From the IMG/VR virus record IMGVR_UViG_2541047719_000008: a DNA stretch of 55,177 nucleotides; one strand, written 5' to 3'. How positions within the stretch are numbered: position 1 is the stretch's first letter; each line of letters opens with the position of its first letter. This stretch comes from a virus (lineage: Duplodnaviria; Heunggongvirae; Uroviricota; Caudoviricetes). The notes below the pieces were generated by a model, which was not told the DNA's origin, did not search any database, and saw nothing but the letters and a program-made list of their open reading frames with translations. Of this stretch, positions 39,252-52,368 are shown one piece after another. A program made the translations under genes and the position numbers.

Positions 39252-39992
39252 ATGCCTGTACCAAATCCTACAATGCCGGTGAAAGGTGCCGGGACCACAC
39301 TGTGGGTTTATAAGGGGAACGGTGACCCTTATGCGAACCCGCTTTCAGACGTTGACTGGTCGCGTCTGGCAAAAGTTAAAGACCTGACACCCGGCGAACT
39401 GACCGCTGAGTCCTATGACGACAGCTATCTCGATGATGAAGATGCGGACTGGACTGCGACCGGGCAGGGGCAGAAATCAGCCGGAGATACCAGCTTCACG
39501 CTGGCGTGGATGCCCGGAGAGCAGGGGCAGCAGGCGCTGCTGGCGTGGTTTAATGAAGGTGATACCCGTGCCTATAAAATCCGCTTCCCGAACGGCACGG
39601 TCGATGTGTTCCGTGGCTGGGTCAGCAGTATCGGTAAAGCGGTGACGGCGAAGGAAGTGATCACCCGCACGGTGAAGGTCACCAATGTTGGACGCCCGTC
39701 GATGGCTGAAGATCGCAGTACGGTGACGGCAGCAACCGGCATGACGGTAACGCCAGCCAGTGCTTCCGTAGTGAAAGGGCAGAGCACCACGCTGACCGTG
39801 GCATTCCAGCCGGAAGGTGTAACCGACAAGAGCTTCCGTGCGGTGTCTGCGGATAAAACAAAAGCCACCGTGTCGGTCAGTGGTATGACCATCACCGTGA
39901 ACGGCGTTGCTGCAGGCAAGGTCAACATTCCGGTTGTATCCGGTAATGGTGAGTTTGCTGCGGTTGCAGAAATCACCGTCACCGCCAGTTAA
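39252..39992 (+). CDS. V: Major tail protein V
   Basis: [22 protein letters not shown]..., matching lambda gpV including the C-terminal Ig-like domain. Confidence 0.9.
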   Translation: MPVPNPTMPVKGAGTTLWVYKGNGDPYANPLSDVDWSRLAKVKDLTPGELTAESYDDSYLDDEDADWTATGQGQKSAGDTSFTLAWMPGEQGQQALLAWFNEGDTRAYKIRFPNGTVDVFRGWVSSIGKAVTAKEVITRTVKVTNVGRPSMAEDRSTVTAATGMTVTPASASVVKGQSTTLTVAFQPEGVTDKSFRAVSADKTKATVSVSGMTITVNGVAAGKVNIPVVSGNGEFAAVAEITVTAS

Positions 39993-40007
39993 TCCGGAGA
40001 GTCAGCG

Positions 40008-40421
40008 ATGTTCCTGAAAACCGAATCATTTGAATATAACGGCGTGACCGTCACGCTTTCTGAACTGTCAGCCCTGCAGCGTATTGAGCATCTCGCCCTG
40101 ATGAAACAGCAGGCAGAATCCGACAGTAACCGGAAGTTTACTGTGGAAGACGTCATCAGAACCGGCGCTTTTGTGGTGGCGATGTCTCTGTGGCATAACC
40201 ATCCGAAGAAGACGCAGATGCCGTCCATGAATGAAGCCGTTAAACAGATTGAGCAGGAAGTGCTTACCACCTGGCCCACAGAGGCAATTTCTCATGCTGA
40301 AAACGTGGTGTACCGGCTGTCCGGTATGTATGAGTTTGTGGTGAATAATGCCCCTGAACAGGCAGAGGACGCCGGGCCTGCAGAGCCTGTTTCTGCGGGA
40401 AAGTGTTCGACGGTGAGCTGA
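40008..40421 (+). CDS. G: Tail assembly chaperone G
   Basis: Lambda gpG homolog ending just after the slippery heptamer. Confidence 0.85.
   Translation: MFLKTESFEYNGVTVTLSELSALQRIEHLALMKQQAESDSNRKFTVEDVIRTGAFVVAMSLWHNHPKKTQMPSMNEAVKQIEQEVLTTWPTEAISHAENVVYRLSGMYEFVVNNAPEQAEDAGPAEPVSAGKCSTVS
40397..40403 (+). promoter_or_regulatory. Programmed -1 ribosomal frameshift site (G GGA AAG) for the G-T fusion
   Basis: Heptamer GGGAAAG located at the G/T overlap exactly as in lambda. Confidence 0.7.
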
Positions 40422-40837
40422 GTTTTGCCCTGAAACTGGCGCGTGAGATGGGGCGACCCGACTGGCGCGCCATGCTTGCCGGGATGTCATCCACGGAGTA
40501 TGCCGACTGGCACCGTTTTTACAGTACCCATTATTTTCATGATGTTCTGCTGGATATGCACTTTTCCGGGCTGACGTACACCGTGCTCAGCCTGTTTTTC
40601 AGCGATCCGGATATGCATCCGCTGGATTTCAGTCTGCTGAACCGGCGCGAGGCTGACGAAGAGCCTGAAGATGATGTGCTGATGCAGAAAGCGGCAGGGC
40701 TTGCCGGAGGTGTCCGCTTTGGCCCGGACGGGAATGAAGTTATCCCTACTTCCCCGGATGTGGCGGACATGACGGAGGATGACGTAATGCTGATGACAGT
40801 ATCAGAAGGGATCGCAGGAGGAGTCCGGTATGGCTGA
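40403..40837 (+). CDS. T: Tail assembly protein T (expressed as G-T fusion by -1 frameshift)
   Basis: -1 frame ORF continuing from G; lambda gpT homolog. Confidence 0.8.
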   Translation: MFDGELSFALKLAREMGRPDWRAMLAGMSSTEYADWHRFYSTHYFHDVLLDMHFSGLTYTVLSLFFSDPDMHPLDFSLLNRREADEEPEDDVLMQKAAGLAGGVRFGPDGNEVIPTSPDVADMTEDDVMLMTVSEGIAGGVRYG

Positions 40838-43391
40838 ACCGGTAGGCGATCTGGTCGTTGATTTGAGTCTGGATGCGGCCAGATTTGACGAGCAGATGGC
40901 CAGAGTCAGGCGTCATTTTTCCGGTACGGAAAGTGATGCGAAAAAAACAGCGGCAGTCGTTGAACAGTCGCTGAGCCGACAGGCGCTGGCTGCACAGAAA
41001 GCGGGGATTTCCGTCGGGCAGTATAAAGCTGCCATGCGTATGCTGCCTGCGCAGTTCACTGACGTGGCCACGCAGCTTGCAGGCGGGCAAAGTCCGTGGC
41101 TGATCCTGCTGCAACAGGGTGGTCAGGTGAAGGACTCCTTCGGCGGGATGATCCCCATGTTCAGGGGGCTTGCCGGTGCGCTCACCCTGCCGATGGTCGG
41201 GGCCACCTCGCTGGCGGTGGCGACCGGTGCGCTGGCGTATGCCTGGTATCAGGGCAACTCAACCCTGTCCGATTTCAACAAAACGCTGGTCCTTTCCGGC
41301 AATCAGTCGGGGCTGACGGCAGATCGCATGCTGGTCCTGTCCAGAGCCGGGCAGGCGGCAGGGCTGACGTTTGACCAGACCAGCGAGTCACTCAGCGCAC
41401 TGGTTAAGGCGGGGGTAAGCGGTGAGGCTCAGATTGCGTCCATCAGCCAGAGTGTGGCGCGTTTCTCCTCTGCATCCAGCGTGGAGGTGGACAAGGTCGC
41501 TGAAGCCTTCGGGAAGCTGACCACAGACCCGACGTCGGGGCTGACGGCGATGGCACGCCAGTTCCATAACGTGACGGCGGAGCAGATTGCGTATGTTGCT
41601 CAGTTGCAGCGTTCCGGCGATGAAGCCGGGGCATTGCAGGCGGCGAACGAGGCCGCAACGAAAGGGTTTGATGACCAGACCCGCCGCCTGAAAGAGAACA
41701 TGGGCACGCTGGAGACCTGGGCAGACAGGACTGCGCGGGCCTTCAAATCCATGTGGGATGCGGTGCTGGATATTGGTCGTCCTGATACCGCGCAGGAGAT
41801 GCTGATTAAGGCAGAGGCTGCGTTTAAGAAAGCAGACGACATCTGGAATCTGCGCAAGGATGATTATTTTGTTAACGATGAAGCGCGGGCGCGTTACTGG
41901 GATGATCGTGAAAAGGCCCGTCTTGCGCTTGAAGCCGCCCGAAAGAAGGCTGAGCAGCAGACTCAACAGGACAAAAATGCGCAGCAGCAGAGCGATACCG
42001 AAGCGTCACGGCTGAAATATACCGAAGAGGCGCAGAAGGCTTACAAACGGCTGCAGACGCCGCTGGAGAAATATACCGCCCGTCAGGAAGAACTGAACAA
42101 GGCACTGAAAGACGGGAAAATCCTGCAGGCAGATTACAACACGCTGATGGCGGCGGCGAAAAAGGATTATGAAGCGACGCTGAAAAAGCCGAAACAGTCC
42201 GGCGTGAAGGTGTCTGTGGGCGATCGTCAGGAAGACAGTGCTCATGCTGCTCTGCTGACGCTTCAGGCAGAACTCCGGACGCTGGAGAAGCATGCCGGAG
42301 CAAATGAGAAAATCAGCCAGCAGCGCCGGGATTTGTGGAAGGCAGAAAGTCAGTTCGCGGTACTGGAGGAGGCGGCACAACGTCGCCAGCTGTCCGCACA
42401 GGAGAAATCCCTGCTGGCGCATAAAGATGAGACGCTGGAGTACAAACGCCAGCTGGCTGCACTTGGCGACAAGGTTACGTATCAGGAGCGCCTGAACGCG
42501 CTGGCGCAGCAGGCGGATAAATTCGCACAGCAGCAACGGGCAAAACGGGCCGCCATTGATGCGAAAAGCCGGGGGCTGACTGACCGGCAGGCAGAACGGG
42601 AAGCCACGGAACAGCGCCTGAAGGAACAGTATGGCGATAATCCGCTGGCGCTGAATAACGTCATGTCAGAGCAGAAAAAGACCTGGGCGGCTGAAGACCA
42701 GCTTCGCGGGAGCTGGATGGCAGGCCTGAAGTCCGGCTGGAGTGAGTGGGAAGAGAGCGCCACGGACAGTATGTCGCAGGTAAAAAGTGCAGCCACGCAG
42801 ACCTTTGATGGTATTGCACAGAATATGGCAGCGATGCTGACCGGCAGTGAGCAGAACTGGCGCAGCTTCACCCGTTCCGTGCTGTCCATGATGACAGAAA
42901 TTCTGCTTAAGCAGGCAATGGTGGGGATTGTCGGGAGTATCGGCAGCGCCATTGGCGGGGCTGTTGGTGGCGGCGCATCCGCGTCAGGCGGTACAGCCAT
43001 TCAGGCCGCTGCGGCGAAATTCCATTTTGCAACCGGAGGATTCACAGGAACCGGCGGCAAATATGAGCCAGCGGGGATTGTTCACCGTGGTGAATTTGTC
43101 TTCACGAAGGAGGCAACCAGCCGGATTGGCGTGGGGAATCTCTACCGGCTGATGCGCGGCTATGCCACCGGTGGTTATGTCGGTACACCGGGCAGTCTGG
43201 CTGACAGCCGGTCGCAGGCGTCCGGGACGTTTGAGCAGAATAACCATGTGGTGATTAACAACGACGGCACGAACGGGCAGATAGGTCCGGCTGCTCTGAA
43301 GGCGGTGTATGACATGGCCCGCAAGGGTGCCCGTGATGAAATTCAGACACAGATGCGTGATGGTGGCCTGTTCTCCGGAGGTGGACGATGA
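40830..43391 (+). CDS. H: Tail tape measure protein H
   Basis: 853 aa, lambda gpH-like throughout, including the C-terminal Gly-rich segment. Confidence 0.9.
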   Translation: MAEPVGDLVVDLSLDAARFDEQMARVRRHFSGTESDAKKTAAVVEQSLSRQALAAQKAGISVGQYKAAMRMLPAQFTDVATQLAGGQSPWLILLQQGGQVKDSFGGMIPMFRGLAGALTLPMVGATSLAVATGALAYAWYQGNSTLSDFNKTLVLSGNQSGLTADRMLVLSRAGQAAGLTFDQTSESLSALVKAGVSGEAQIASISQSVARFSSASSVEVDKVAEAFGKLTTDPTSGLTAMARQFHNVTAEQIAYVAQLQRSGDEAGALQAANEAATKGFDDQTRRLKENMGTLETWADRTARAFKSMWDAVLDIGRPDTAQEMLIKAEAAFKKADDIWNLRKDDYFVNDEARARYWDDREKARLALEAARKKAEQQTQQDKNAQQQSDTEASRLKYTEEAQKAYKRLQTPLEKYTARQEELNKALKDGKILQADYNTLMAAAKKDYEATLKKPKQSGVKVSVGDRQEDSAHAALLTLQAELRTLEKHAGANEKISQQRRDLWKAESQFAVLEEAAQRRQLSAQEKSLLAHKDETLEYKRQLAALGDKVTYQERLNALAQQADKFAQQQRAKRAAIDAKSRGLTDRQAEREATEQRLKEQYGDNPLALNNVMSEQKKTWAAEDQLRGSWMAGLKSGWSEWEESATDSMSQVKSAATQTFDGIAQNMAAMLTGSEQNWRSFTRSVLSMMTEILLKQAMVGIVGSIGSAIGGAVGGGASASGGTAIQAAAAKFHFATGGFTGTGGKYEPAGIVHRGEFVFTKEATSRIGVGNLYRLMRGYATGGYVGTPGSLADSRSQASGTFEQNNHVVINNDGTNGQIGPAALKAVYDMARKGARDEIQTQMRDGGLFSGGGR

Positions 43392-43717
43392 AGACCTTCC
43401 GCTGGAAAGTGAAACCCGGTATGGATGTGACATCGGCTCCTTCCGTCAGGGAGGTGCGCTTTGGTGATGGCTATTCCCAGCGTGCGCCTGCCGGGCTGAA
43501 CGCTGACCTGAAAACGTACAGCGTGACGCTGTCTGTCTCCCGTGAGGAGGCCACGGCGCTGGAGTCGTTTCTGGCTGAGCACGGGGGCTGGAAGGCCTTT
43601 CTGTGGACGCCGCCTTATGGTTACAGGCAGATAAAGGTGACCTGCGCAAAATGGTCGTCGCAGGTCAGTATGTTGCGTGTTGAGTTCAGCGCAGAGTTTA
43701 AACAGGTGGTGAACTGA
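43388..43717 (+). CDS. M: Tail tip protein M
   Basis: 109 aa matching lambda gpM. Confidence 0.9.
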   Translation: MKTFRWKVKPGMDVTSAPSVREVRFGDGYSQRAPAGLNADLKTYSVTLSVSREEATALESFLAEHGGWKAFLWTPPYGYRQIKVTCAKWSSQVSMLRVEFSAEFKQVVN

Positions 43718-44415
43718 TGCAGGATATCCGGCAGGAAACACTGAATGAATGCACCCGTGCGGAGCAGTCGGCCAGCGTGGTGCTCTGGGAAATCGACCTG
43801 ACCGAGGTAGGCGGGGATCGCTACTTTTTCTGCAATGAGCAGAACGAGAAAGGAGAGTCTGTCACCTGGCAGAGTCGGCAGTATCAGGCCTATCCCATTC
43901 AGGGGAGTGGATTTGAGATGAACGGCAAGGGCAGTGCTGCCCGTCCGACACTGACGGTTTCTAACCTGCACGGCATGGTCACGGGGATGGCGGAAGACCT
44001 GCAGAGTCTGGTCGGCGGAACGGTGGTCAGGCGTAAGGTTTACGCCCGTTTTCTGGATGCGGTGAACTTCGTCAACGGAAACAGCGACGCCGATCCGGAG
44101 CAGGAGGTGATCAGCCGCTGGCGCATCGAGCAGTGCAGCGAACTGAGTGCGGTCAGTGCCTCCTTTGTGTTGTCCACACCGACGGAAACGGACGGCGCTG
44201 TTTTTCCGGGACGTATCATGCTGGCCAACACCTGCACCTGGACCTATCGCGGCGATGAGTGCGGTTATCACGGTCCGGCGGTCGCGGATGAATATGACCA
44301 GCCAACGTCCGATATCACGAAGGATAAATGCAGCAAATGCCTGAGCGGTTGTAAGTTCCGCAATAACGTCGGCAACTTTGGCGGCTTCCTTTCCATTAAC
44401 AAACTTTCGCAGTAA
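43717..44415 (+). CDS. L: Tail tip protein L
   Basis: 232 aa matching lambda gpL, including the C-terminal Cys cluster. Confidence 0.9.
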   Translation: MQDIRQETLNECTRAEQSASVVLWEIDLTEVGGDRYFFCNEQNEKGESVTWQSRQYQAYPIQGSGFEMNGKGSAARPTLTVSNLHGMVTGMAEDLQSLVGGTVVRRKVYARFLDAVNFVNGNSDADPEQEVISRWRIEQCSELSAVSASFVLSTPTETDGAVFPGRIMLANTCTWTYRGDECGYHGPAVADEYDQPTSDITKDKCSKCLSGCKFRNNVGNFGGFLSINKLSQ

Positions 44416-44419
44416 TCCC

Positions 44420-45163
44420 ATGACAGAGACAGAATCAGCGATTCTGGCGCACGCCCGGCGATGTGCGCCAGCGGAGTCGTGCGGCTTCGTGGTAAGCACG
44501 CCGGAGGGGGAAAGATATTTCCCCTGCGTGAATATCTCCGGTGAGCCGGAGGAGTATTTCCGGATGGCTCCGGAGGACTGGCTGCAGGCAGAAATGCAGG
44601 GTGAGATTGTGGCGCTGGTCCACAGCCACCCCGGTGGTCTGCCCTGGCTGAGTGAGGCTGACCGGCGGCTGCAGGTGCAGAGTGATTTGCCGTGGTGGCT
44701 GGTTTGCCGGGGGGCGATTCATAAGTTCCGCTGTGTGCCGCATCTCACCGGGCGGCGCTTTGAGCACGGGGTGACGGACTGTTACACGCTGTTCCGGGAT
44801 GCTTATCATCTGGCGGGGATTGAGATGCCGGATTTTCATCGCGGGGATGACTGGTGGCGTCACGGTCAGAATCTCTATCTGGATAATCTGGAGGCCACAG
44901 GGCTGTATCAGGTGCCGTTGTCAGCGGCGCAGCCGGGCGATGTGCTGCTGTGCTGTTTTGGTTCATCGGTGCCGAATCATGCCGCCATTTACTGTGGTGA
45001 CGGCGAGCTGCTGCACCATATTCCTGAACAACTGAGCAAACGAGAGAGGTATACCGACAAATGGCAGCGACGCACACACTCCCTCTGGCGTCACCGGGCA
45101 TGGCACGCATCTGCCTTTACGGGGATTTACAACGATTTGGCCGCCGCATCGACCTTCGTGTGA
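44420..45163 (+). CDS. K: Tail tip assembly protein K (NlpC/P60-like)
   Basis: MTETESAILAHARRCAPAESCGFV ... HSHP matches lambda gpK; start trimmed to the internal Met. Confidence 0.85.
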   Translation: MTETESAILAHARRCAPAESCGFVVSTPEGERYFPCVNISGEPEEYFRMAPEDWLQAEMQGEIVALVHSHPGGLPWLSEADRRLQVQSDLPWWLVCRGAIHKFRCVPHLTGRRFEHGVTDCYTLFRDAYHLAGIEMPDFHRGDDWWRHGQNLYLDNLEATGLYQVPLSAAQPGDVLLCCFGSSVPNHAAIYCGDGELLHHIPEQLSKRERYTDKWQRRTHSLWRHRAWHASAFTGIYNDLAAASTFV

Positions 45164-45702
45164 AAACGGGGGCTGAAGCCATCCGGGCGCTGGCCACACA
45201 GCTCCCGGCGTTTCGTCAGAAACTGAATGAGGGCTGGTATCAGATACGGATTGCCGGGCGTGATGCAGGTGAAACCGAATTATCAGCTCGTCTTAATGAA
45301 CCGCTGGCGAATGGAGCAGTGATCCACATCGTGCCGCGTCTGGCAGGAGCCAAAAGTGGCGGTGTGTTTCAGGTAGTGCTGGGAGCTGCTGTTATGGCGG
45401 TTGCTATATGGATGCCGGGGGTAGGAATAATGGCGAGTAATCTGCTGTTTTCTCTCGGTGCCAGTATGACACTGGGTGGTGTTGCACAGATGCTGGCACC
45501 GAAAGCCAGAACTCCCCGTACGCAGGCAACGGATAACGGTAAGCAGAACACGTATTTCTCCTCACTGGATAACATGGTTGCCCAGGGCAATGTCCTGCCC
45601 GTTCTGTACGGTGAAATGCGCGTGGGGTCGCGGGTGATTTCGCAGGAAATCAGCACGGCAGATGAGGGGGATGGTGGTCAGGTTGTGGTGATTGGCCGCT
45701 GA
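45061..45702 (+). CDS. I: Tail tip assembly protein I
   Basis: MAATHTLPLASPGMARICLYGDLQRFGRRIDL..., lambda gpI homolog overlapping the K 3' end. Confidence 0.85.
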   Translation: MAATHTLPLASPGMARICLYGDLQRFGRRIDLRVKTGAEAIRALATQLPAFRQKLNEGWYQIRIAGRDAGETELSARLNEPLANGAVIHIVPRLAGAKSGGVFQVVLGAAVMAVAIWMPGVGIMASNLLFSLGASMTLGGVAQMLAPKARTPRTQATDNGKQNTYFSSLDNMVAQGNVLPVLYGEMRVGSRVISQEISTADEGDGGQVVVIGR

Positions 45703-45759
45703 TGCAAAATGTTTTATGTGAAACCGCCTGCGGGCGGTTTTGTCGTTTATGGAGTGTGA

Positions 45760-49161
<3,402 letters not shown>

Positions 49162-49179
49162 ATTTTATAACCCAGAACG

Positions 49180-49206
49180 GGCGTCAGAAATGACGCCTTT
49201 TTTATT
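49180..49206 (+). terminator. Rho-independent terminator after J
   Basis: GGCGTCA-GAAA-TGACGCC followed by TTTTTTATT. Confidence 0.6.
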
Positions 49207-49227
49207 GCAGAAAAGCGAGAGGTAATT

Positions 49228-49827
49228 ATGCGTAAATTATGTGCTGTTATTCTGTCTGCAGTAGTCTGGCTGGTCGCCGCTGGTACGCCAGCGAGTGCAG
49301 CAGAGCATCAGTCCACACTAAGCGGCGGGTATCTTCAGTCCCATACTGATATGCCCGGCAACGATGACCTGAAGGGCATTAACGTGAAATACCGTTATGA
49401 ATTTACGGACACGCTGGGGCTGGTGACGTCATTCAGCTATGCAGGAGACAAGAATCGCCAGATTACCCGTTACAGCGATACCCGCTGGCATGAAGATTCA
49501 GTGCGTAACCGCTGGTTCAGCGTGATGGCGGGGCCGTCTGTACGCGTGAATGAATGGTTCAGTGCTTATGCGATGACGGGTGTGGCTTACAGCCGTGTTT
49601 CGACGTTCTCCGGGGATTATCTCCGCGTAACTGACAACAAGGGGAAAACGCACGATGTGCTGACCGGAAGTGATGGCGGTCGCCACAGCAACACGTCTCT
49701 GGCGTGGGGGGCTGGCGTGCAGTTTAACCCGACCGAATCCGTGGCCATTGACCTTGCTTATGAAGGTTCCGGCAGTGGCGACTGGCGCACTGACGGTTTC
49801 ATCGTGGGTGTCGGTTATAAATTCTGA
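49228..49827 (+). CDS. lom: Outer membrane protein Lom (Ail/Lom family)
   Basis: Signal peptide then beta-barrel ending in YKF; matches lambda Lom. Confidence 0.85.
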   Translation: MRKLCAVILSAVVWLVAAGTPASAAEHQSTLSGGYLQSHTDMPGNDDLKGINVKYRYEFTDTLGLVTSFSYAGDKNRQITRYSDTRWHEDSVRNRWFSVMAGPSVRVNEWFSAYAMTGVAYSRVSTFSGDYLRVTDNKGKTHDVLTGSDGGRHSNTSLAWGAGVQFNPTESVAIDLAYEGSGSGDWRTDGFIVGVGYKF

Positions 49828-49853
49828 TTAGCCAGGTAACACAGTGTTATGAC

Positions 49854-49882
49854 AGCCCGTCGGTTCAGGCGGGCTTTTTTGT
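49854..49882 (+). terminator. Rho-independent terminator after lom
   Basis: AGCCCG-TCGGTTCAGG-CGGGCT followed by TTTTTTG. Confidence 0.55.
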
Positions 49883-49885
49883 GGA

Positions 49886-52078
49886 GTGGATATGGCAGCA
49901 GTAAAAATCTCAGGTGTGCTGAAAGATGGTGCGGGAAAACCAATACAGAACTGCACTATTCAACTGAAGGCAAAGCGTAACAGCACCACGGTACTGGTGA
50001 ACACGGTGGCCTCTGAAAATCCGGATGAAGCCGGGCGTTACAGCATGGACGTTGAGTATGGCCAGTACAGCGTTATCCTGCTGGTTGAAGGTTTTCCGCC
50101 TTCACATGCCGGAACCATTACCGTCTATGAAGGTTCCAGACCAGGTACGCTGAATGATTTTCTCGGTGCCATGACGGAAGATGATGTCATGCCGGAGGCA
50201 TTGCGTCGTTTTGAGGAAATGGTGGAAGAAGCGGCACGCAACGCTGAAGCCGCCTCTCAGAGCGCAGCGGCGGCAAAGAAATCCGAAACTGCAGCGGCAT
50301 CATCGAAGAACGCGGCGAAAACCTCAGAAACGAATGCAGCTAACAGCGCACAGGCGGCAGCGGCCTCGCAGACTGCATCGGCAAACTCCGCAACAGCAGC
50401 TAAAAAATCAGAAACCAACGCGAAAAATAGCGAGACAGCCGCAAAGACGAGCGAAACCAACGCAAAGTCCAGCCAGACGGCAGCGAAGACCAGCGAAACG
50501 AATGCCAAAGCCAGTGAAACTGCGGCGAAAAGCAGTCAGGATGCAGCGGCCCAAAGCGAGAGTGCCGCAGCCAGTTCTGCAAGCGCGGCGGCTGCTTCTG
50601 CTACTGCATCAGCTAACAGTCAAAAAGCAGCAAAAACCAGTGAAACCAACGCAAAGGTGAGCGAAACAGCGGCTGCGAGCTCAGCGAAAGCATCGGCAGC
50701 AAGCCAGACGGCAGCTAAAGCAAGCGAAGATGCAGCCAGAGAGTACGCAAGCCAGGCTGCGGAGCCGTATAAATATGTCTTACAGCCGCTGCCTGATGTG
50801 TGGATACCATTTAACGATTCGCTGGATATGATTACGGGCTTTTCGCCATCATATAAAAAAATTGTTATTGGTGACGATGAAATAACGATGCCTGGCGACA
50901 AGATTGTTAAGTTTAAACGTGCATCGAAAGCAACCTATATTAACAAATCTGGTGTGCTGACAGAGGCTGCCATTGACGAGCCACGATTTGAACGTGATGG
51001 CCTGCTTATTGAGGGGCAAAGAACAAACTACATGCTCAATTCGGAAAGCCCTGCCAGTTGGGGGCGATCGTCAAATATGGATGTGCCCGAAACAGGGACG
51101 GATAATTTTGGTTTTACCTATGGAAAGTTTGTCTGCAACGATTCTCTGATTGGGCAAACCTCAGCCATTAATATGGCATCAATTGCTGCAACAAAGTCAG
51201 TTGATGTCTCAGGCGATAATAAACACGTGACAACCTCATGTCGTTTTAAAACAGAACTGCAGGTAAGGTTGCGTATCCGGTTTGATAAATATGACGGTAG
51301 CGCAACAACTTTTCTTGGTGATGCGTATATTGATACACAAACGCTTGAAATTAATATGACAGGCGGTGCTGCCTCAAGAATTACAGCGAGAGTCAGAAAG
51401 GACGAAGCTACCGGATGGATTTTTGCAGAGGCAACAATTCAGGCAATTGATGGGGAGTTAAAAATAGGCTCTCAGATACAGTATTCTCCTAAGCAGAGCG
51501 GGGCAACCGTATCTGGTGACTATATTTATCTGGCCACCCCACAAGTAGAAGATGGGCCTTGTGTATCATCTTTTATTATATCAGGAGCGACGGCGGCGAC
51601 CCGCGCAAGCGATATAGTTACAGTTCCAATTAAGAATAATCTTTATAATCTTCCTTTTACGGTTCTTTGTGAGGTACATAAGAACTGGTATAAAACGCCA
51701 AATGCAGCGCCACGTGTTTTTGATACCGGCGGTCATCAAACCGGAGCGGCTATTATTCTTGGCTTCGGTCGTTCAACAGATTACGACGGATTTCCTTATT
51801 GCGATATTGGAGGAGCTAACAGACGGGTAAACGAAAACGCATTGCTTGAAAAAATGGTTATGGGGATGCGTGTAAAGTCAGATCAGTCTACGTGCTCAGT
51901 AAGTAACGGGCGTATATCCAGCCAAACAAAAACCACATGGTCCTATATTCAGAACACCGCAATTATCCGTATTGGAGGCCAAACTACAGCCGGGTTACGT
52001 CATTTATTTGGTCATGTCAGGAATTTCAGAATATGGCACAAGGCATTGACTGATGCTCAGGTGGGGGAGTCAATCTAA
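49886..52078 (+). CDS. stf: Side tail fibre protein with divergent C-terminal receptor-binding region
   Basis: N-terminus MAAVKISGVLKDGAGKPIQNCTIQLKAKRNSTT... matches lambda Stf; central Ala/Ser/Thr-rich repeats; C-terminus is more AT-rich and ends ...RNFRIWHKALTDAQV, reminiscent of LamG-like lectin domains. Confidence 0.8.
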   Translation: MDMAAVKISGVLKDGAGKPIQNCTIQLKAKRNSTTVLVNTVASENPDEAGRYSMDVEYGQYSVILLVEGFPPSHAGTITVYEGSRPGTLNDFLGAMTEDDVMPEALRRFEEMVEEAARNAEAASQSAAAAKKSETAAASSKNAAKTSETNAANSAQAAAASQTASANSATAAKKSETNAKNSETAAKTSETNAKSSQTAAKTSETNAKASETAAKSSQDAAAQSESAAASSASAAAASATASANSQKAAKTSETNAKVSETAAASSAKASAASQTAAKASEDAAREYASQAAEPYKYVLQPLPDVWIPFNDSLDMITGFSPSYKKIVIGDDEITMPGDKIVKFKRASKATYINKSGVLTEAAIDEPRFERDGLLIEGQRTNYMLNSESPASWGRSSNMDVPETGTDNFGFTYGKFVCNDSLIGQTSAINMASIAATKSVDVSGDNKHVTTSCRFKTELQVRLRIRFDKYDGSATTFLGDAYIDTQTLEINMTGGAASRITARVRKDEATGWIFAEATIQAIDGELKIGSQIQYSPKQSGATVSGDYIYLATPQVEDGPCVSSFIISGATAATRASDIVTVPIKNNLYNLPFTVLCEVHKNWYKTPNAAPRVFDTGGHQTGAAIILGFGRSTDYDGFPYCDIGGANRRVNENALLEKMVMGMRVKSDQSTCSVSNGRISSQTKTTWSYIQNTAIIRIGGQTTAGLRHLFGHVRNFRIWHKALTDAQVGESI
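50250..50750. repeat. Low-complexity repeat region within stf (AAKTSETNAK-type repeats)
   Basis: Repeated KTSETNAK / KSSQTAAK / KASETAAK units in the protein; the ORFs called on other frames and on the opposite strand here are artefacts. Confidence 0.5.
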
Positions 52079-52359
52079 TGAAAGATTTAACACTCAAATT
52101 TCCCGACAGGGCCGACTTTTCGGCCTTTATGGAGAGCATTGGCTATTATGATGACGAGTTGATGCAGGATGATATTCTTATTGACGTGATAGGTAACGTG
52201 TACAAAGAAACCGGAGAACTGACTGAAGATGGCGAACCGGTATGTGTTAAGGAAGACGGATATTTTGTAAACGTGCGCATCATTAATGATTCGCAAATAT
52301 CGTCATTATTCGATGAATACGTGGTTGCTGTTGAGCATCAACTTCGTGGCTGGATGTGA
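52078..52359 (+). CDS. Hypothetical protein, possible tail fibre assembly factor
   Basis: 93-aa ORF translationally coupled to stf (start overlaps the stf stop); function inferred from position only. Confidence 0.35.
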   Translation: MKDLTLKFPDRADFSAFMESIGYYDDELMQDDILIDVIGNVYKETGELTEDGEPVCVKEDGYFVNVRIINDSQISSLFDEYVVAVEHQLRGWM

Positions 52360-52368
52360 GGAAGAAAA

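Noticed and set aside
41388-43433. Several 70-190-aa ORFs antisense to or out of frame within the tape measure gene H
   Set aside because: H is near-identical to lambda gpH over 853 aa; the overlapping ORFs have low-complexity, Arg-rich translations and no independent start signals.
50181-50901. ORFs on other frames and on the opposite strand inside the stf repeat region (e.g. 159-aa Arg/Gln-rich ORF)
   Set aside because: They arise from the Ala/Ser/Thr-rich codon repeats of stf read in other frames; composition is extreme and there is no gene context.
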